From Octopus bimaculoides (taxonomy: Eukaryota), in assembly GCF_001194135.2 (NCBI RefSeq), contig NC_068983.1:123353147-123417146 (forward strand): DNA of 64,000 nucleotides. Reading direction: 5' to 3'. The stretch's first letter is position 1, and every line of letters begins with the position of its first letter. The position numbers were made by a program, and so were the translations under genes. A model generated the notes under the pieces. The model was given only the letters and a program-made list of their open reading frames with translations. It was not told the origin of the DNA and did not search any database. Shown here in pieces: positions 1-13,575 of this stretch.

Positions 1-42
<42 letters not shown>

Positions 43-185
43 GTTACTCCATAATTGGATATTTAATTGCTTGAACAATTGTTTCATGAAATACAGCAGA
101 ATTTATATTTAATTCCACTTCATTGGAAATTTGATTTGCCATAAGATGGCATCATAATGTATTTATAGAATATTATTTCAATATA

Positions 186-332
186 TTATTTCACTCTAAA
201 AGTGAAGTCATAATACAAACTTTTTTCTGATGGACATGTATCACATTTTGGGTGTTCAGACTGTTTTTTCTTCCATTTAGCAATCTTTCTATGATGAGAT
301 TCTAAACACTTCAAAAGATGCCACAACACATT
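186..332 (-). CDS. Candidate exon (NVLWHLLKCLESHHRKIAKWKKK...)
   Basis: tgtttcag acceptor, open in phase 0 to TAA at 186; an internal donor cannot be excluded. Confidence 0.35.
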   Translation of the reverse strand, partial: NVLWHLLKCLESHHRKIAKWKKKQSEHPKCDTCPSEKSLYYDFTFRVK

Positions 333-1502
333 CTGAAACAGTAAAATATAACATTATCATTGGTGTTTTAACATATTTTCTTCATACCGACATAGGTCGA
401 ATGGGTCTATCATACTGGTCTCGATATTTTGTACTCTCTTTTGCCATGTCAAGCAAATTGCTTAGCAGCATTTCATCCATCTTTACGTTCTGATTTCATA
501 TACCACCAAGGTCGACTTTGCTTTCATCCTTCACAGTTGATGGAATAAGTACTAGTTGAGTAGTGGAGATGATGTAATCAACTTATCCTCTTCCCCCAAT
601 TGCTGGCCTTGTGCCAAAATTTGAAACCAATATTTTGTTCTCTCAAATCTTCAGTTGTATAAATCACCCTCCACAGAATGAACATCATACTTTTCACCTA
701 ACTTTCATCATCTATTTAACATCACATGTCCATATCAGTACAGATTCTCCTTGCATAAACCAACCAGTACCTTTAATATCCAGCCAGTTAACATTACATA
801 TCCAATAGATCATGCTCACCTCATTTCTCTCAAACTTTTGCAGATCTTTCATGTTCAATGCTCATGTTTCATTATTGTGCATCATTGCAATAAGCAAATT
901 ATCACCTCCATATAAGAACATATAAGAGTTGTCTTAAATGTTCATTTCATAGTTCTTACTACTAACATCTGTTAACCTGTGATTTCTATCAGCCTGCCAA
1001 ATACCTCAATGCATCATTGTTTGACACTCTCCTTACAAATTGAGCAAAATCACTTTTTAGGAAAAGTGGTATAAATCTAATTATTTTCTACTCTCCTAAG
1101 AACTAAATCAGGGAAAGAATACTTATTTTCTGTACATCAGCTATTATAACTATTTGCAGTGCATACAAATTAGAAAAGATTAGTTGCTAATAAGTATTTA
1201 CAGCCCATACAAATTAGGACTGTTTTGCCCATGAAAAGATAAAAACTGAAGAGTAATCAATTTATTTTCCATAAATGTTTGATTATTAAAAGGTATACTT
1301 TAGATGATACATAACTTTCAAATTATTCAAAAACTGTGTAATGCACTATGAATTCATTCTCTTTGTCAACATATGCACTATTATGTAAATTAGACTGACC
1401 ATTTGAATTTTATCCTAGTCTATATAGAATATAAGTGGTTATAAGCTATAAATCTCTATTAGCAGATGTGTATTCTTTTGCTGATTAAGTGTAAGAACTA
1501 AC

Positions 1503-1556
1503 CAGACTGATTCCACTTTTTCTACTGACACAAGATATGAAATTTTTGCAGAAGAG
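1503..1556 (-). CDS. Candidate 54-nt exon (LFCKNFISCVSRKSGISL)
   Basis: ttttag acceptor, CTG|GTTAGT donor, open in phase 0. Confidence 0.3.
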
Positions 1557-1718
1557 CTAAAATTGTATGTTTATTAATGTGACATTTCATTTCAAATTAC
1601 CTCAAAATGCTGTATAGTGCATTATGAATATAACTATTTTTATTTTAGTTTACCATAATTTTTTTCATATATATTTACTGTTTTCAATTAGAGATGATGT
1701 AAAAAAAAATTTAGTTAC

Positions 1719-1848
1719 CACTAAAAGCTGGTCATTTTCTGTGGTCATAAGTTGTTGAATAATTCCATGGCAGTGTTGAATTATATTTAAAGTTGTATCT
1801 TTGTTAAAATCTGGAGATATCTGAATATTCCTCAATACATTTTCCAAA
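1719..1848 (-). CDS. Candidate exon of the unidentified gene (LENVLRNIQISPDFNKDTTLNIIQHCHGIIQQLMTTENDQLLV)
   Basis: ttttag acceptor, 130 nt open frame with protein-like composition, GTG|GTAACT donor. Confidence 0.5.
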
Positions 1849-2380
1849 CTAAAATTGAAATATATAACTTTTTATTGTATGTGTGTTGGATGAAAAAATG
1901 CTTTATATATTACAAAATCAAAAGTATGTGAGAAAGTAAGAATGGGTAAAATTGAAGGCAGTTGGAAAGTGAACACAATCTTATCTTTAACTTAACCTAA
2001 GTAAATTACTTTATGAGAGATATTGTATACATTACTAATATAAAGAATTTCAAAGGGGAGCCTTCTCATGCAAAGAATTATGGGAATATTTTAGAAGAAA
2101 GCAGGGAAAACCCATAATTAGTCTAATGTGTTAATTCTTCAGTTCAACAGAAATAACACCTAATTCCTTCAATCATTGACAGCGGGCCTTAATGGATTAA
2201 TATCTTATTTCAATGGTAATGTAATTATCCATAAAACATTATGTTAAATTATTTCATTTAACATATTCATATGTAAACTGAATTAAAAGTCTAAATATAA
2301 AACATGTTCTATTAGCTATTACAAAAAATATTAACAATAATTTGTCATAGTAATCTTGAAATCAAATTAATACAACTTAC

Positions 2381-2393
2381 CAAGAAACAGATT
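2381..2393 (-). CDS. Candidate 13-nt microexon of the unidentified gene
   Basis: Long AG-free pyrimidine tract, CAG acceptor, TG|GTAAGT donor; restores frame between 3625 and 1848. Confidence 0.3.
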
Positions 2394-3624
2394 CTGTGGT
2401 GGTTTTGAAGAGCAATGAAAGGAAAAAAATATAAAAATAATCATAAAATGAACATCAGGGCAAAATGATATCTTTCAACAAGCCACAGAAGCAATTATTT
2501 TCAAGGATAAACGTAATTAACCTTTTAAACACCAACGTAGAAATTTTTACAAAAGTATTTTTGCTTATATAATAAGCAATTTACCAAAATTATAATTTGC
2601 CTGCACATTCTACCATATAAGTCAAAACATTTCCCCCAAGATCATGAAATAGACATTGTTTTGACTTGAACATATTAAATCAAAGTTGAACTTCATTTGC
2701 AAAACTTTAAGAAGAATGGTACAAATTAGGTCTGCTGAAAATACTTGCTGACAGTTACATTAAAAAGGTCCAAATATATAAGATAATCATGTCAGAACAA
2801 TTTATTAAATTTTAAATATAAACATAACCAATTTTTAAAAATATTTGAATAAAATAAATTTAATCTCAGTAAGAGAGCGTTTGAAAAAAGAATAAAGTTT
2901 TTAACGAAAATAATGTGTATTTAGTATTTTTATAACGAAAATAAGGCGATAAGTAAAATTAGATCATTAATAAATCATTTCATGAATTTTATTCTGAACA
3001 TTTTAATTATGTAATCAGTTGTTTATTCGTGGGATTTTCTTTTACCAATTCTACATTTTAAACTCGAGGTTTTGTTCTCCACTAGTAATACAGTTATCTT
3101 GAAAGACGTCAATATCAATCTACTTTCCATAAAAAGCAAAGACGTTTTGTCAATGTAAACAAAACCAAAGGCAATGCTTAAAGGAAACATTTTAATGTTA
3201 GCGACTAAAAATTTTCTTAATAAGCAAAATCAAATCTTAGCCATTAGCTTTTCTTTTTTTTACTTCTGTCAGTGAACGCATCAACATTGTTTCTATTTTG
3301 TTAACACAAATATTTATAACCAAGGGCCCTCAGACTAAGTAGGAAATTATTCTAATTTTATATTAAAAAAAACTGCATCGTCGATTCAATGATAATAAGA
3401 GTAGAAACGAAAAAGAAATTACATTTCCATAATAGCCTGTTTACACATCAGTATATAACTAACTGTTAAATAAGTATTATTAAATATGAATGAGGTTTTC
3501 TGTTTATTTGATGAACTGCAAGACTCGAAGTGACAAAACAACATTGACTGGAAAATTGCAATTAGGATTGGTTAGGAAACAAAATAAAGAAAATAGGTAA
3601 CAATTAAAATGATAAACAACATAC

Positions 3625-3649
3625 CAGCGTATAATGGCAGGACAGTCAT
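3625..3649 (-). CDS. Candidate first coding exon of an unidentified gene (MTVLPLYA)
   Basis: ATG in a CpG-retaining region, followed by G|GTATGT donor. Confidence 0.35.
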
Positions 3650-4236
3650 TTCGTAAAATCGTCTGCTTTTTTTTTTTCAAGAAAGGTAAGTAGCCGAGAT
3701 CGTAATGTTTTTATGAAAGCAAAATGGAAATAAATATCAGAGAAAGTTAATTTTAAAATCTACTTCTTTTTTTATTTTTCACAAGAAAATAATGTCATGA
3801 ATTGAATGAAATATAAAAATAATAAAAGTTATTTCGTTAAAATCGATTGTAGCCGAATAATGTTCGGGATGGCTGCCAATCTAACAATTCATGGCCCATA
3901 ATGCAATTCTCTCTTGAATCGTTTTGATTTGGAACAAAAATTACGAGCTAATTGACTGAATTCACTTTTATTATTGCGGCAATTTATTAATCTTTAATCT
4001 GTTTTTTTAAAACAGCAAAAGGTTACCAGGTTGTTGTTTTTTTTTTTGTTACTCGTATATCACTGGTAAACTGACATGAGTAACCGTAAACGTGACAGAA
4101 TATGTACAATGCGACATTTAGTTGTAGTATGGAGGCATGTGCTGTAACAGTATGTTGCTGCATCGACAATTTGTTGGTTATTCCCTACTATTCTTGGCAG
4201 ATAACTCCTCTGCACCACTCAAGCGAATACCCTCCA

Positions 4237-4354
4237 CAGGGGCGGACCCAAGGAGGCGGAGACTTAAGGGGCACGTACACACCCTCAAGAAAAAAAATTG
4301 TATTCCCTTCTGACCTTGTGCCCTCCGTTCGAAAAATTCCTGGGACCAGCCCTG
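4237..4354. mobile_element. Small MITE
   Basis: Imperfect TIRs CAGGGGCGGACCCAAGGA / TCCTGGGACCAGCCCTG with CTCCA on both sides. Confidence 0.6.
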
Positions 4355-5990
4355 CTCCAACCTATGGTTTTGTTTGGGTAGTTGTTGCTGGTAAGAGTTT
4401 TACCAGGTTGGAGTGCATATCCCACCTCAACATAGAGGAAACATTGGGTCTATTTTTTGATATGCTGGTCCTAACATAGCACTAGAGCAACTTGAAATAA
4501 AGTGTTTTGCTCAAGAACACAACATGCCCAGTGTGGATATATGTTAAACTGAACTGAAAAAAGTAACTCACTCTAAAGCAAATTTAAAGCCACAGTGTGT
4601 ATTACAGGGAAAAATCTCTGGTTGGTAAGTTCTCTCAGAGCTGTCCAAGCAGTAGCATGTCTGTACTCAGTAGAGGTTGTCATGTTCTTCAGTTTTGGAT
4701 TTAATGTGTACTTCTAATGCCTTCTTGTATATTCACTTCATCAAATGTGACCAGCTGAATCAAGGTTCATTTCAGTATTCCTAATGGACCTAGATTCATG
4801 TTTTTTTTTTTTTTTTGGCTATTTCAAATAGTCTGGCTCTTGTTACTTTCTCATTCAAAGCAAAGTTTGGTATTTTCTTTCTCTTTGAGAACTATTCTAG
4901 TGCTATATTTCTGTTAGTGTGTTATATACAGCATTGCAATTCTTGTCCTCAAATCTGTCATAGACTGATGAACCTGTTGTGTATTGCAACCATAAACTTT
5001 GTGCACCTGTTACTTTTCCCCGAGTTGATTTGTTTCACGAGAACATTGGCTAATACTTTGTTGCTTAGATTACTACATGGTAACATAGCCTGTTCTATAA
5101 TAATGGATACATGCAATATAATAAATTTAACTAGAATATTTTTTACATCTTCCATATTGTAAAGATTTAAGTATCACCTAAATCCTTAGAGAAATGTTCA
5201 GTATAATATAAATACACTTTGGACATATGTAACACATAAACAGTTTGTTATAATAAATATATGAAAACATTAAATTGTATGGTCATCAGTGTGTTTGAGG
5301 CTATGTCACCACTACTGCTCTCCCTAACACCAAGGCATATTTTTCCTCACCTGTCTATCGAGTACATGTCTGTTGTTCTCAGCTGTACTCATCCTACACA
5401 TGACAACAGGGAAAACAGACACTAAATAATGATGATGATGAGGATGTCAATGAACAAGGTCTCTTACCAAATTATCAACAACACAATAATGACTCCCACG
5501 AAATGATGATTCATATGAACACGGCATACATCCAAAGAAAGGTGATGTTCAAGTAATTCACAACTATAGTGTTTGCATAACTTCACTCTCTCTCTCTCTT
5601 CTCCATCACACAGTCATTTCCCCTTTCTCTATTGCTTCTCTTTAAATATGTAGACACTCTCTCTCCCTCTTCTCTTTACTTCACTCCATCATCCCATAAT
5701 TCTTCTCTCAGACCCTCAATCTCTCTTCTACTCTTTTCCTCTCTATAAATACATAGACATACACACACTCTCTTTCTCTTTTTCTTTACTTTTCTCCATC
5801 GCACCGTCCTTCTCTCAGCTCCTCAAACTCCCTAAATATAGTATATATATGTGCATGCATACATATATGTATATGTGTTTGTGTATATATGTATATATAT
5901 ATAGAGAGACACACTCTTTCTCTCTCTTCTCTCTAACACACAGTTTTTCTTCTCTCAGACCCTCAACCTCTATTATAAATACATACTCCC

Positions 5991-6125
5991 TCTCTGTCTC
6001 TTCACTTCTCTCCGTCACGCTTCTTTCTCTGTCTCTTCACTTCTCTCCATCACGCTTCTTTCTCTGTCTCTTCACTTCTCTCCATCAAGCTTCTTTCTCT
6101 GTCTCTTCACTTCTCTCTGACACAC
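5991..6125. repeat. 35-bp CT-rich minisatellite, about 4 copies
   Basis: tctctgtctcttcacttctctcc unit starts at 5991, 6026, 6061 and 6096. Confidence 0.9.
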
Positions 6126-6939
6126 TGTCTTTCTTCTTTCAACCTCTCAATCTCTCTAAATATATAGACACACTTTCTTTCTTTATTTCTTCACTACCGT
6201 CCATCACACAGTTAAATTTTTGAAAAATAAATAAATAAATGAATAAATAAAATATCAGTTTAATATCGTGGTTTAATAAAAGAGAAATATCATTTAATAT
6301 CAATAAATAAAATGACAGTTTTTTTTTCTGTGAGACAGAGTTGTTCAATTGGATTCTGGAAGCTATTATTGCCTGCTTAGTTTATGCACATTGTGCTTGG
6401 TGTTGGGCATTTATGGATTTATTTTATGCTCCAGAACTTTTGTCAAATTTAAAATAATTTCTGTGTCACATCTGGGTCCAAGGTTCGAAATCCAAGGTTG
6501 AACGCCTAATTGGTGAAGACAGATTTTATGGCATTCTAAGGTTCAAAATCCACTGTTCAAAATCTGAGGTTTGAAAACCAAATTTGTACTATAATGGAAA
6601 TACAGATTTTATGAAATCCAAATTTTTGGAAGGCATATTTTTGAAAAACCAAATTTTTAAGGCCAATTTTGGTGAAACGAAAAACTGGGATTTGGAGTCC
6701 GAATTCTTAACTGTATATATATGTTACCTTTGTAAATATTGTGACTGCACATCTGGTGTAGCATTTGTTTTTTGTTCGTGTATATATTTATTTTGTATGT
6801 AAGCTGTTTTTTTATGCTGACTTTTATTAATAGTCATGGTGTGTTCTTGTTTTGGGTTCACCCTGTCCTTGTTGATTCTGTAAATTCGGGTTATGGCCAC
6901 CAGATTGTAACAACATATATACAATACCAAAATCTTAGA

Positions 6940-7150
6940 AAAATGTGATATCTCCAGTATCCAAAGCAGTGCAGATGGGTAGGATATGTTGTTCAAATGA
7001 AAAATGATCACATTCTGAAAATTCTTCTAAATGGCCAGTAAGTGGAGGGATATCACAGCAAAGGTAGACCTTTCCTTAGGTATAAGGATAAGTTGAAGCA
7101 ATCACTAAAATCTCTACAGCTGAACCTGACATCTTGGGAAATCTGCATAG
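6940..7150 (+). mobile_element. RTE-clade LINE 3' remnant
   Basis: Degenerate ...SKGRPFLRYKDKLKQSLKSL..TSWE translation. Confidence 0.6.
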
Positions 7151-8099
7151 CATAAAATATGTCATGATGCATCCAAACAATCTGAGTTGAAGGAAAAGAA
7201 CAATAAAACTGTATCCTGCAATCAACAGACACACTTACCCCATTGTGACTTCATGGCAAAATCATTACTTCGACTGAAATTAGTCATGCATCCATCGTAA
7301 ATAGATGCAGTTTCTTAATTTTTTTTTCTATTACTCTCTCTTTAAGTCCTTTCCTTTAAACAATCATATGTTGAAACCAATGGGAGAAAGCATCATATAT
7401 ACACACACATGTATGTATATAAATATATATATACACACATATGAAACGCCTGTGTTAGAATGGGGGCAGCTGATGAAGGAAAATGTTCTCTATGTGGCCT
7501 GTGTGTTTTCTGTACTCTGGTTATTATTATTTTTTTGTCTACGTTTTGTTTGCAATATCCTGTACCCAGATATGCACCTATGTATACAAGTAGATGTAGG
7601 TATGCACATACTTGTACGTATATATGNNNNNNNNNNNNNNNNNNNNNNNNNNNNNNNNNNNNNNNNNNNNNNNNNNNNNNNNNNNNNNNNNNNNNNNNNN
7701 NNNNNNNNNNNNNNNNNNNNNNNNNNNNNNNNNNNNNNNNNNNNNNNNNNNNNNNNNNNNNNNNNNNNNNNNNNNNNNNNNNNNNNNNNNNNNNNNNNNN
7801 NNNNNNNNNNNNNNNNNNNNNNNNNNNNNNNNNNNNNNNNNNNNNNNNNNNNNNNNNNNNNNNNNNNNNNNNNNNNNNNNNNNNNNNNNNNNNNNNNNNN
7901 NNNNNNNNNNNNNNNNNNNNNNNNNACATACATACATGTATGTATATATATAATATATAGTCTTCTACTATATCATAGGGATAACAAAAGCTTTGTGAGT
8001 CGATTTAGTAGATGGAAACTGAAAACCATACATATGTACTATACAATTAGGCCACTACACAGTATACACACATGGCCGATGACAGTACCGCCTGACTGG

Positions 8100-8903
8100 C
8101 CTTCGTGCGGGTGACACGTAAAAGCACCCACTACACTCTCTGAGTGGTTGGCGTTAGGAAGGGTATCCAGCTGTAGAAACTCTGCCAAATTAGATTGGAG
8201 CCTGGTGTTACCATCCGGTTTCAGCAGTCCTCAGTCAAATCGTTCAACCCATGCTAGCATGGAAAGCGGACGTTAAACGATGATGATGATGATATACATA
8301 CATACATGTATGTATATATATAATATATAGTCTTCTACTATATCATAGGGATAACAAAAGCTTTGTGAGTCGATTTAGTAGATGGAAACTGAAAACCATA
8401 CATATGTACTATACAATTAGGCCACTACACAGTATACACACATGGCCGATGACAGTACCGCCTGATTTGCACTCGTGCCAGTGGGACGTTAGAAGCACAT
8501 CCAAGCATGATCATTGCCAGGGCCATGTATTGGTTCCTGTGCCGGTGGAACATAAAAAACACCATTCGAGTATGATCGTTGCCAGCATCACCCTACCGGC
8601 ACATGAAAAACATTTGAGCATGTTAGTTGCCAGTGTTGCAGGACTGTCTCTTGTGCAGGTAGCACATAAAAAACACCTTTTGAGTTTGGTCATTGCCAGA
8701 ATTGCCTGACTGGCCCTTGTGCTGGTGGGGCGTAAAAACACCTACTATATTCTCAGAGTGGTTGGCGTTAGGAAGGTCATCCAGCTGTAGAAACTTTGCC
8801 AGATCAGATTGAGCCTGGTGGAGCCTTCTGGCTCACCAGTCCTCAGTCAAACCGTCCAACCCATGCCAGCATAGAAAGTAGACGTTAAATGACGATGATG
8901 ATG
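8100..8903 (+). mobile_element. Two copies of an abundant (GAT)n-tailed SINE-like repeat (others near 14660, 25010, 31030, 34250, 37955, 51110 minus, 58000)
   Basis: Shared core gagtggttggcgttaggaagggcatccagctgtagaaac...gacgttaaacgatgatgat, seen in about 10 places in the window. Confidence 0.85.
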
Positions 8904-9130
8904 GTGAGATACTATAGATATATTTTCTCGATAAACTTTCCTCATGGTGAACTTTCTTCACACTGAATTGATAGTGGTGAACTTACCTGTAACCACTAGA
9001 AAGAGCCTACAAGTCTCGCTCATATATCACTTGAATGTTTTTATATAATGAAAGAAAAGTTTGAAAAAAAACAAACACCAACACAAGAGATGGTCATGGT
9101 TGGAACACATTTGACTATTACTGACAAAAC

Positions 9131-9355
9131 CAGTGGTTCTCATAAATGGATGAAGTTGTGAGGATTGAAAAAGGAGTGGACAAATTACCATGTTTATTAA
9201 AATTGAGATAGTTTTAAAACTTGTCAAACAGCATGGTGAAAAAGAATTATACAGATAGAAACTCTTCTCATTAACAAAGGATGGTGGTGGTGGGGAAACA
9301 TTTTAAAGTAATATTTGAAGTGGAGACTCATAATTTGTCAGTTTGGGAACCACTG
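9131..9355. mobile_element. hAT (Charlie-like) MITE
   Basis: Ends CAGTGGTTCTC and GGGAACCACTG; no clean TSD. Confidence 0.55.
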
Positions 9356-9869
9356 AGCTGGAGAGCATTGCTGAGCAACAAATGAACAAATGAGTAAAAG
9401 GCAATATACAGGTTTTATTTTTCATTAAGATTACACTCAGCCACCATAAGAACAAGAACATGATGAAATGAGTGTGCGTGTGTCTGTGTACATATATGTG
9501 TATATAACATATTCAATAACATATTTTTCTAATCCATGCTAACATGGAAAATGGATATAAAATTGAATGATATATATATACATAAACACACACACAGACT
9601 TACACATATATGAACTGAAAAAAGTTGTCAATAGATGGCTGTCATAAAGATGGAATCATATCTGAGAGTAGTTTGCTAAGATTTTCTGGAGGGCACTTCA
9701 TGATGGTCAAAAAGTCAGATTTGAGTTCTCTGAAAATATTTTAAAAAATGTATCAGAATTTAGTTCAGTAAATATATTTCATATAAACAGAATAACAACA
9801 AGAAAACAACAAGCTAAAAGAGAGACTCTAACTAGACTTGACACATATTGGTATTGGGTGGAATTCTGG

Positions 9870-10267
9870 TTTAAGCACCCCCAATTAATCACTCATAATT
9901 TTTTTTTTTTTCAAATTTTCAGAAAATTTTTGTGATTTTGTGTTCTACACACAGGAATTCATACGATTATGCAAAAAACGAAAAGAAAATGGTTTTGTGT
10001 GTGATTTAGCTGTTATTGTAACTTTTGACATTTTCAAGAAAATAAAGTATTTTCGAGAATTTTATAAATATGCGACACAAAATATATAATACTGCAGCTA
10101 TAGCACGATTTTACTGAGTTTTGTTAGATTAGGTCTCTACAAAACTGGGTCAAACTTCCATACTGAGTTGTGTAACGACTCTTAAAATTGTTTTTTGCAT
10201 AATCGTATGAATTCTTGTGCATTGAACAAAAATTTGTAAAAAATCAAAATAGTTACAAGGGGTTAAG
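9870..10267. mobile_element. MITE with a perfect 25-bp subterminal inverted repeat
   Basis: gaattcatacgattatgcaaaaaac (9955-9979) is the exact reverse complement of 10190-10214. Confidence 0.7.
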
Positions 10268-11465
10268 GTTTTATTTTATTTTATTTTTTTTACCTCCATA
10301 GTCAACAGCAGCAGAGATGATAAGGTGTTTTTGACAAATTTAGATATGTGCATACTGATGAACTAACAATCTTTATGGATGGATGTTTTTATTAATCACT
10401 TAAACCCTTTCGTGGTCTTTTCTTCTTATGACATACCACTCATGTTTCAATTATTTTTGCAAATAATGAAGAATTTAAGTGCATTTAATAAACTAACTTT
10501 TACATTTTTTTTTCTATCAAGCTGGTCTTTGCAACGTAACTCATGAAAAGGTTCTGACATAAGATGATGATAGCATGTTTAATTATGAATACTTCAAAAC
10601 AGGCAGTTTTGTTTCATAGGACCAGAGATAGTATTTGGTAGTATCAAAATGAGGTAGCTTTTAGGTGGTCACTTGACATGCTGGAAATAACAACCAAATC
10701 ACACACTACTGTCTAAGAAAAAATGGTCACATTGAAAAAATCTGTTAGTCTGGTATATCTTTGAGGTGTAATCAGTGAAGTAGGCTGTTGTTAAAAATTG
10801 ATCAAATTATTAGGCTTAATTGTTGTGTTTTAGTTACATCTTTCCTCATCATCATTATGACAAATATTCCCAGCACCATCACTATTAGTATAGTTTTAAC
10901 ATCTGCAGGTGTGCTGCTTAGCATGAAGTCAGCTCTGTTTGAGCAGGCCATCTTAAAAAAAGGCAGGATACATTGGATAATGTTGAGGATGTTGAAAACA
11001 AAATAAAAAAAAAAGGACTAGATTATTACACCAGGAACACATTTATAGTGCATAGTACTAACAAGAAATAAAACACAAATGAATATAAAATAGGTCACAT
11101 GTGTTTTGACTGTGCTGACTCTTCCAAGATATAATTATGTCAGTTTCAACATCTCAGATCTAGTTATTACTGAACAAATACAACTGAAATGAAGGAAGTT
11201 GTTTTCAATGTAAACACTTTAAAATGAGGATTTCAGAAATGAACCATCAGTATTCTGGTCTATAAGAAATGTTTTATGCATAACAAATGTGTGTAATAAT
11301 CTAAGACAAGTTTAATAACAGACAAACATGTAATAATATAAACACAGGTATTGACAGATACACATGTACTAATATAAGACATAAGATTGTAATAACACAA
11401 CATAAGAATAAATAACAGATATATATGTAATGATATATGACATATATCAGTAACATAAGACATAC

Positions 11466-11631
11466 CTATTTTTATTCAAGGAGTTCTCCAATTGATGTGA
11501 TTTTTTTCTTGCCTTTTCTAATATTTCAGGTGGAATGTGGGCAAGACGTGCAACATTTAATCCATAACTGTGAGCAGCCATTCCTCTGACAAGCTGGTAG
11601 AGGAATGTTACAGCATCTGAGGCATCATATT
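11466..11631 (-). CDS. MSH3: MSH3 coding exon 20 (VTFLYQLVRGMAAHSYGLNVARLA...), penultimate
   Basis: C-terminal HTH motif SYGLNVA.LA; 166 nt, phase 1-2, ends AG|GTATGT. Confidence 0.93.
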
Positions 11632-12199
11632 CTACCAAAATACCAACATCATTCATGTATACTTGACAGTTATTAAATTGCATTTTTAATCATAAAGAGA
11701 AAATATTTTTAACAACTTTGTAATTGTATTTCCCATTTCATTTATTTAACTTCATATTGTCATTATTTTATCATTTCTTTGGTTTCTCTAGTATGTTGTA
11801 GGTCAGGTGTGGTTATGAGTGGGGCTGTGTAGTTAAGAATGGGGTATAGAGATGGCTGTGTTAAGAATATCGTGTTTTGATATGAGTAAGTAGATAAGGA
11901 TGGGGATTAGAGTTGGAGGTGGGGTTGTAAATGGGAAATAGTCATGGTTGTTTAGGGAAAAGGCTGTGGGTGAAAAAACTCACAAATCAATAAATTGACA
12001 GCATGACCCACCCAAAGTAAAACATATCACTTTTCTCTTTCTCTCTCTCACACACACACACGTACTTGCATACACCCTTGTGAACACACTATGTTTACAA
12101 CTATGTCTCTGATATTGATTAATGCAAGTGTTCATGATCCCAGTTATACATATAAAAGATGGCAGAAAAATGGATAGTTGTTATGCAATTAGTACTGAC

Positions 12200-12326
12200 C
12201 TTCATTTTCACTTGATTTTGAGTGGACAAGGAAAGACATGTGATAGTTGTGAACAAAATCAGGATACATATCTCCAAACTGTCCTAGTAACTGGTAATGA
12301 GTGACAAACAGAGTGATACACTTTAC
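12200..12326 (-). CDS. MSH3: MSH3 coding exon 19 (VKCITLFVTHY...NYHMSFL)
   Basis: TLFVTHY and NYHM motifs; 127 nt, phase 0-1. Confidence 0.96.
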
Positions 12327-12619
12327 CTAACAATGAAAAAGATGGATGCATGATAATACATATAAAATAATTTAAAAACACATATACATACACATATATA
12401 TGGAACCCTGTAAGCAACCAGCTACAGGTAAATAATGAAATGCATTATAATTGAACTAAGTGAAACCAAGTTTATCGAGTGTCAGACATTTTGAAAAGTC
12501 ACCTGACGAGACATGTCTGCACTGAAGAATGCAGCACAACCAGATGTGGGTTAATAAAGTATCTTGCGAATTCCATTTTCTCTTACTCATTTGTTATATT
12601 TTTACACACACACACACCA

Positions 12620-13575
12620 ATCCTCTATGTTGATGACCTTGTTCTTATAGCAGAATCACAACCAGAACTAGAGAATTTCAGACAAGGAATCTAGGTCTAG
12701 ATCAAAGGGCCTTAGAGTTAATCTAGCAAAAACCAAAATCTTAGTAAGTAGGAGAGCAGACAAATCACAAATCCCTTCAGGTAGATGGTCCTGCTAGATC
12801 TGTAGAAAAGGCATAGGTAGAAACTCCATAAGATGTACCCGGTGTAAGTTAAGGGCACATAAGAGGTGCAGCAATATCAGAGGAAGGTTAACAGGGAAAA
12901 TAGTTTTTGTGTATGGAAGGTGCACAGGTACCCTAAAAATGTACTGAAAATAGACTCCATCAAATGCCAGGCAGGGAAACTAGTAGTTGATAGCTTCCAT
13001 TACCTAGGTAACCAAGTCAGTAGCTGGGGTGGATGCTCCAAGAGTGTAGCTACTAGAATAAGAAAAGGCTGGGCAAAGTTCAGAGAGCTCCTATCTCTGA
13101 TGGTAATAAAGGGCTTCTTTCTCAGAGTGAAAGGCAAACTGTATGATGCCTGTGTGTGAACAGCTATGCTACATGGCAGTGAAACATGGGCTGTGACCAC
13201 CGAGGATATGTGTAGGCTTGTAAGAAATGAAGCTAGTATGCTTTGCTGGATGTGTAATGTCAGTGTGCATGCATGACAGAGTGTAAGCATCTTGAGAGAA
13301 AAGTTGGGCATAAGAGGCATCAGATGTAGTGTGCAAAAGAGATGACTGTGCTGGTATGGTCATGTGATGCATATGGACAAAGACAGCTGTGTGAAGAAAT
13401 GACGCACTCTAACGGTGAAGGGAACCTGTGGAAGAGGTAGAGCCAGGAAGACATGGGACAAGGTGGTGAAGCATGATCTTCGAATGTTAGGCCTCACAGA
13501 GGCAATGACAAGTAACTAAGACCTTTGGTGATATGCCATGCTTGAGAAGAGCTGTCAAGCCAAGTGAGATCATAG
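12620..13575 (+). mobile_element. RTE-clade LINE 3' fragment
   Basis: LYVDDLVLIAES, FHYLGNQV, KGKLYDACV..MLHGSETW translations; frameshifted. Confidence 0.9.

Noticed and set aside
4815-5162. 115-aa plus ORF and 65-aa minus ORF
   Set aside because: No recognisable motif and no frame-compatible splice link to MSH3
5417-5560. Acidic, coding-looking stretch (NDDDEDVNEQ...)
   Set aside because: Stops occur in all frames after the nearest acceptor; derives from a GAT repeat
7305-8114. Long ORFs containing X runs (also near 15074-15747 and 27424-27956)
   Set aside because: Artefacts of translating N gaps and TA microsatellites
7926-8465. About 170-bp identical direct repeat with 370-bp period
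   Set aside because: Begins exactly at an N gap and ends in SINE sequence; most likely a contig-end assembly artefact
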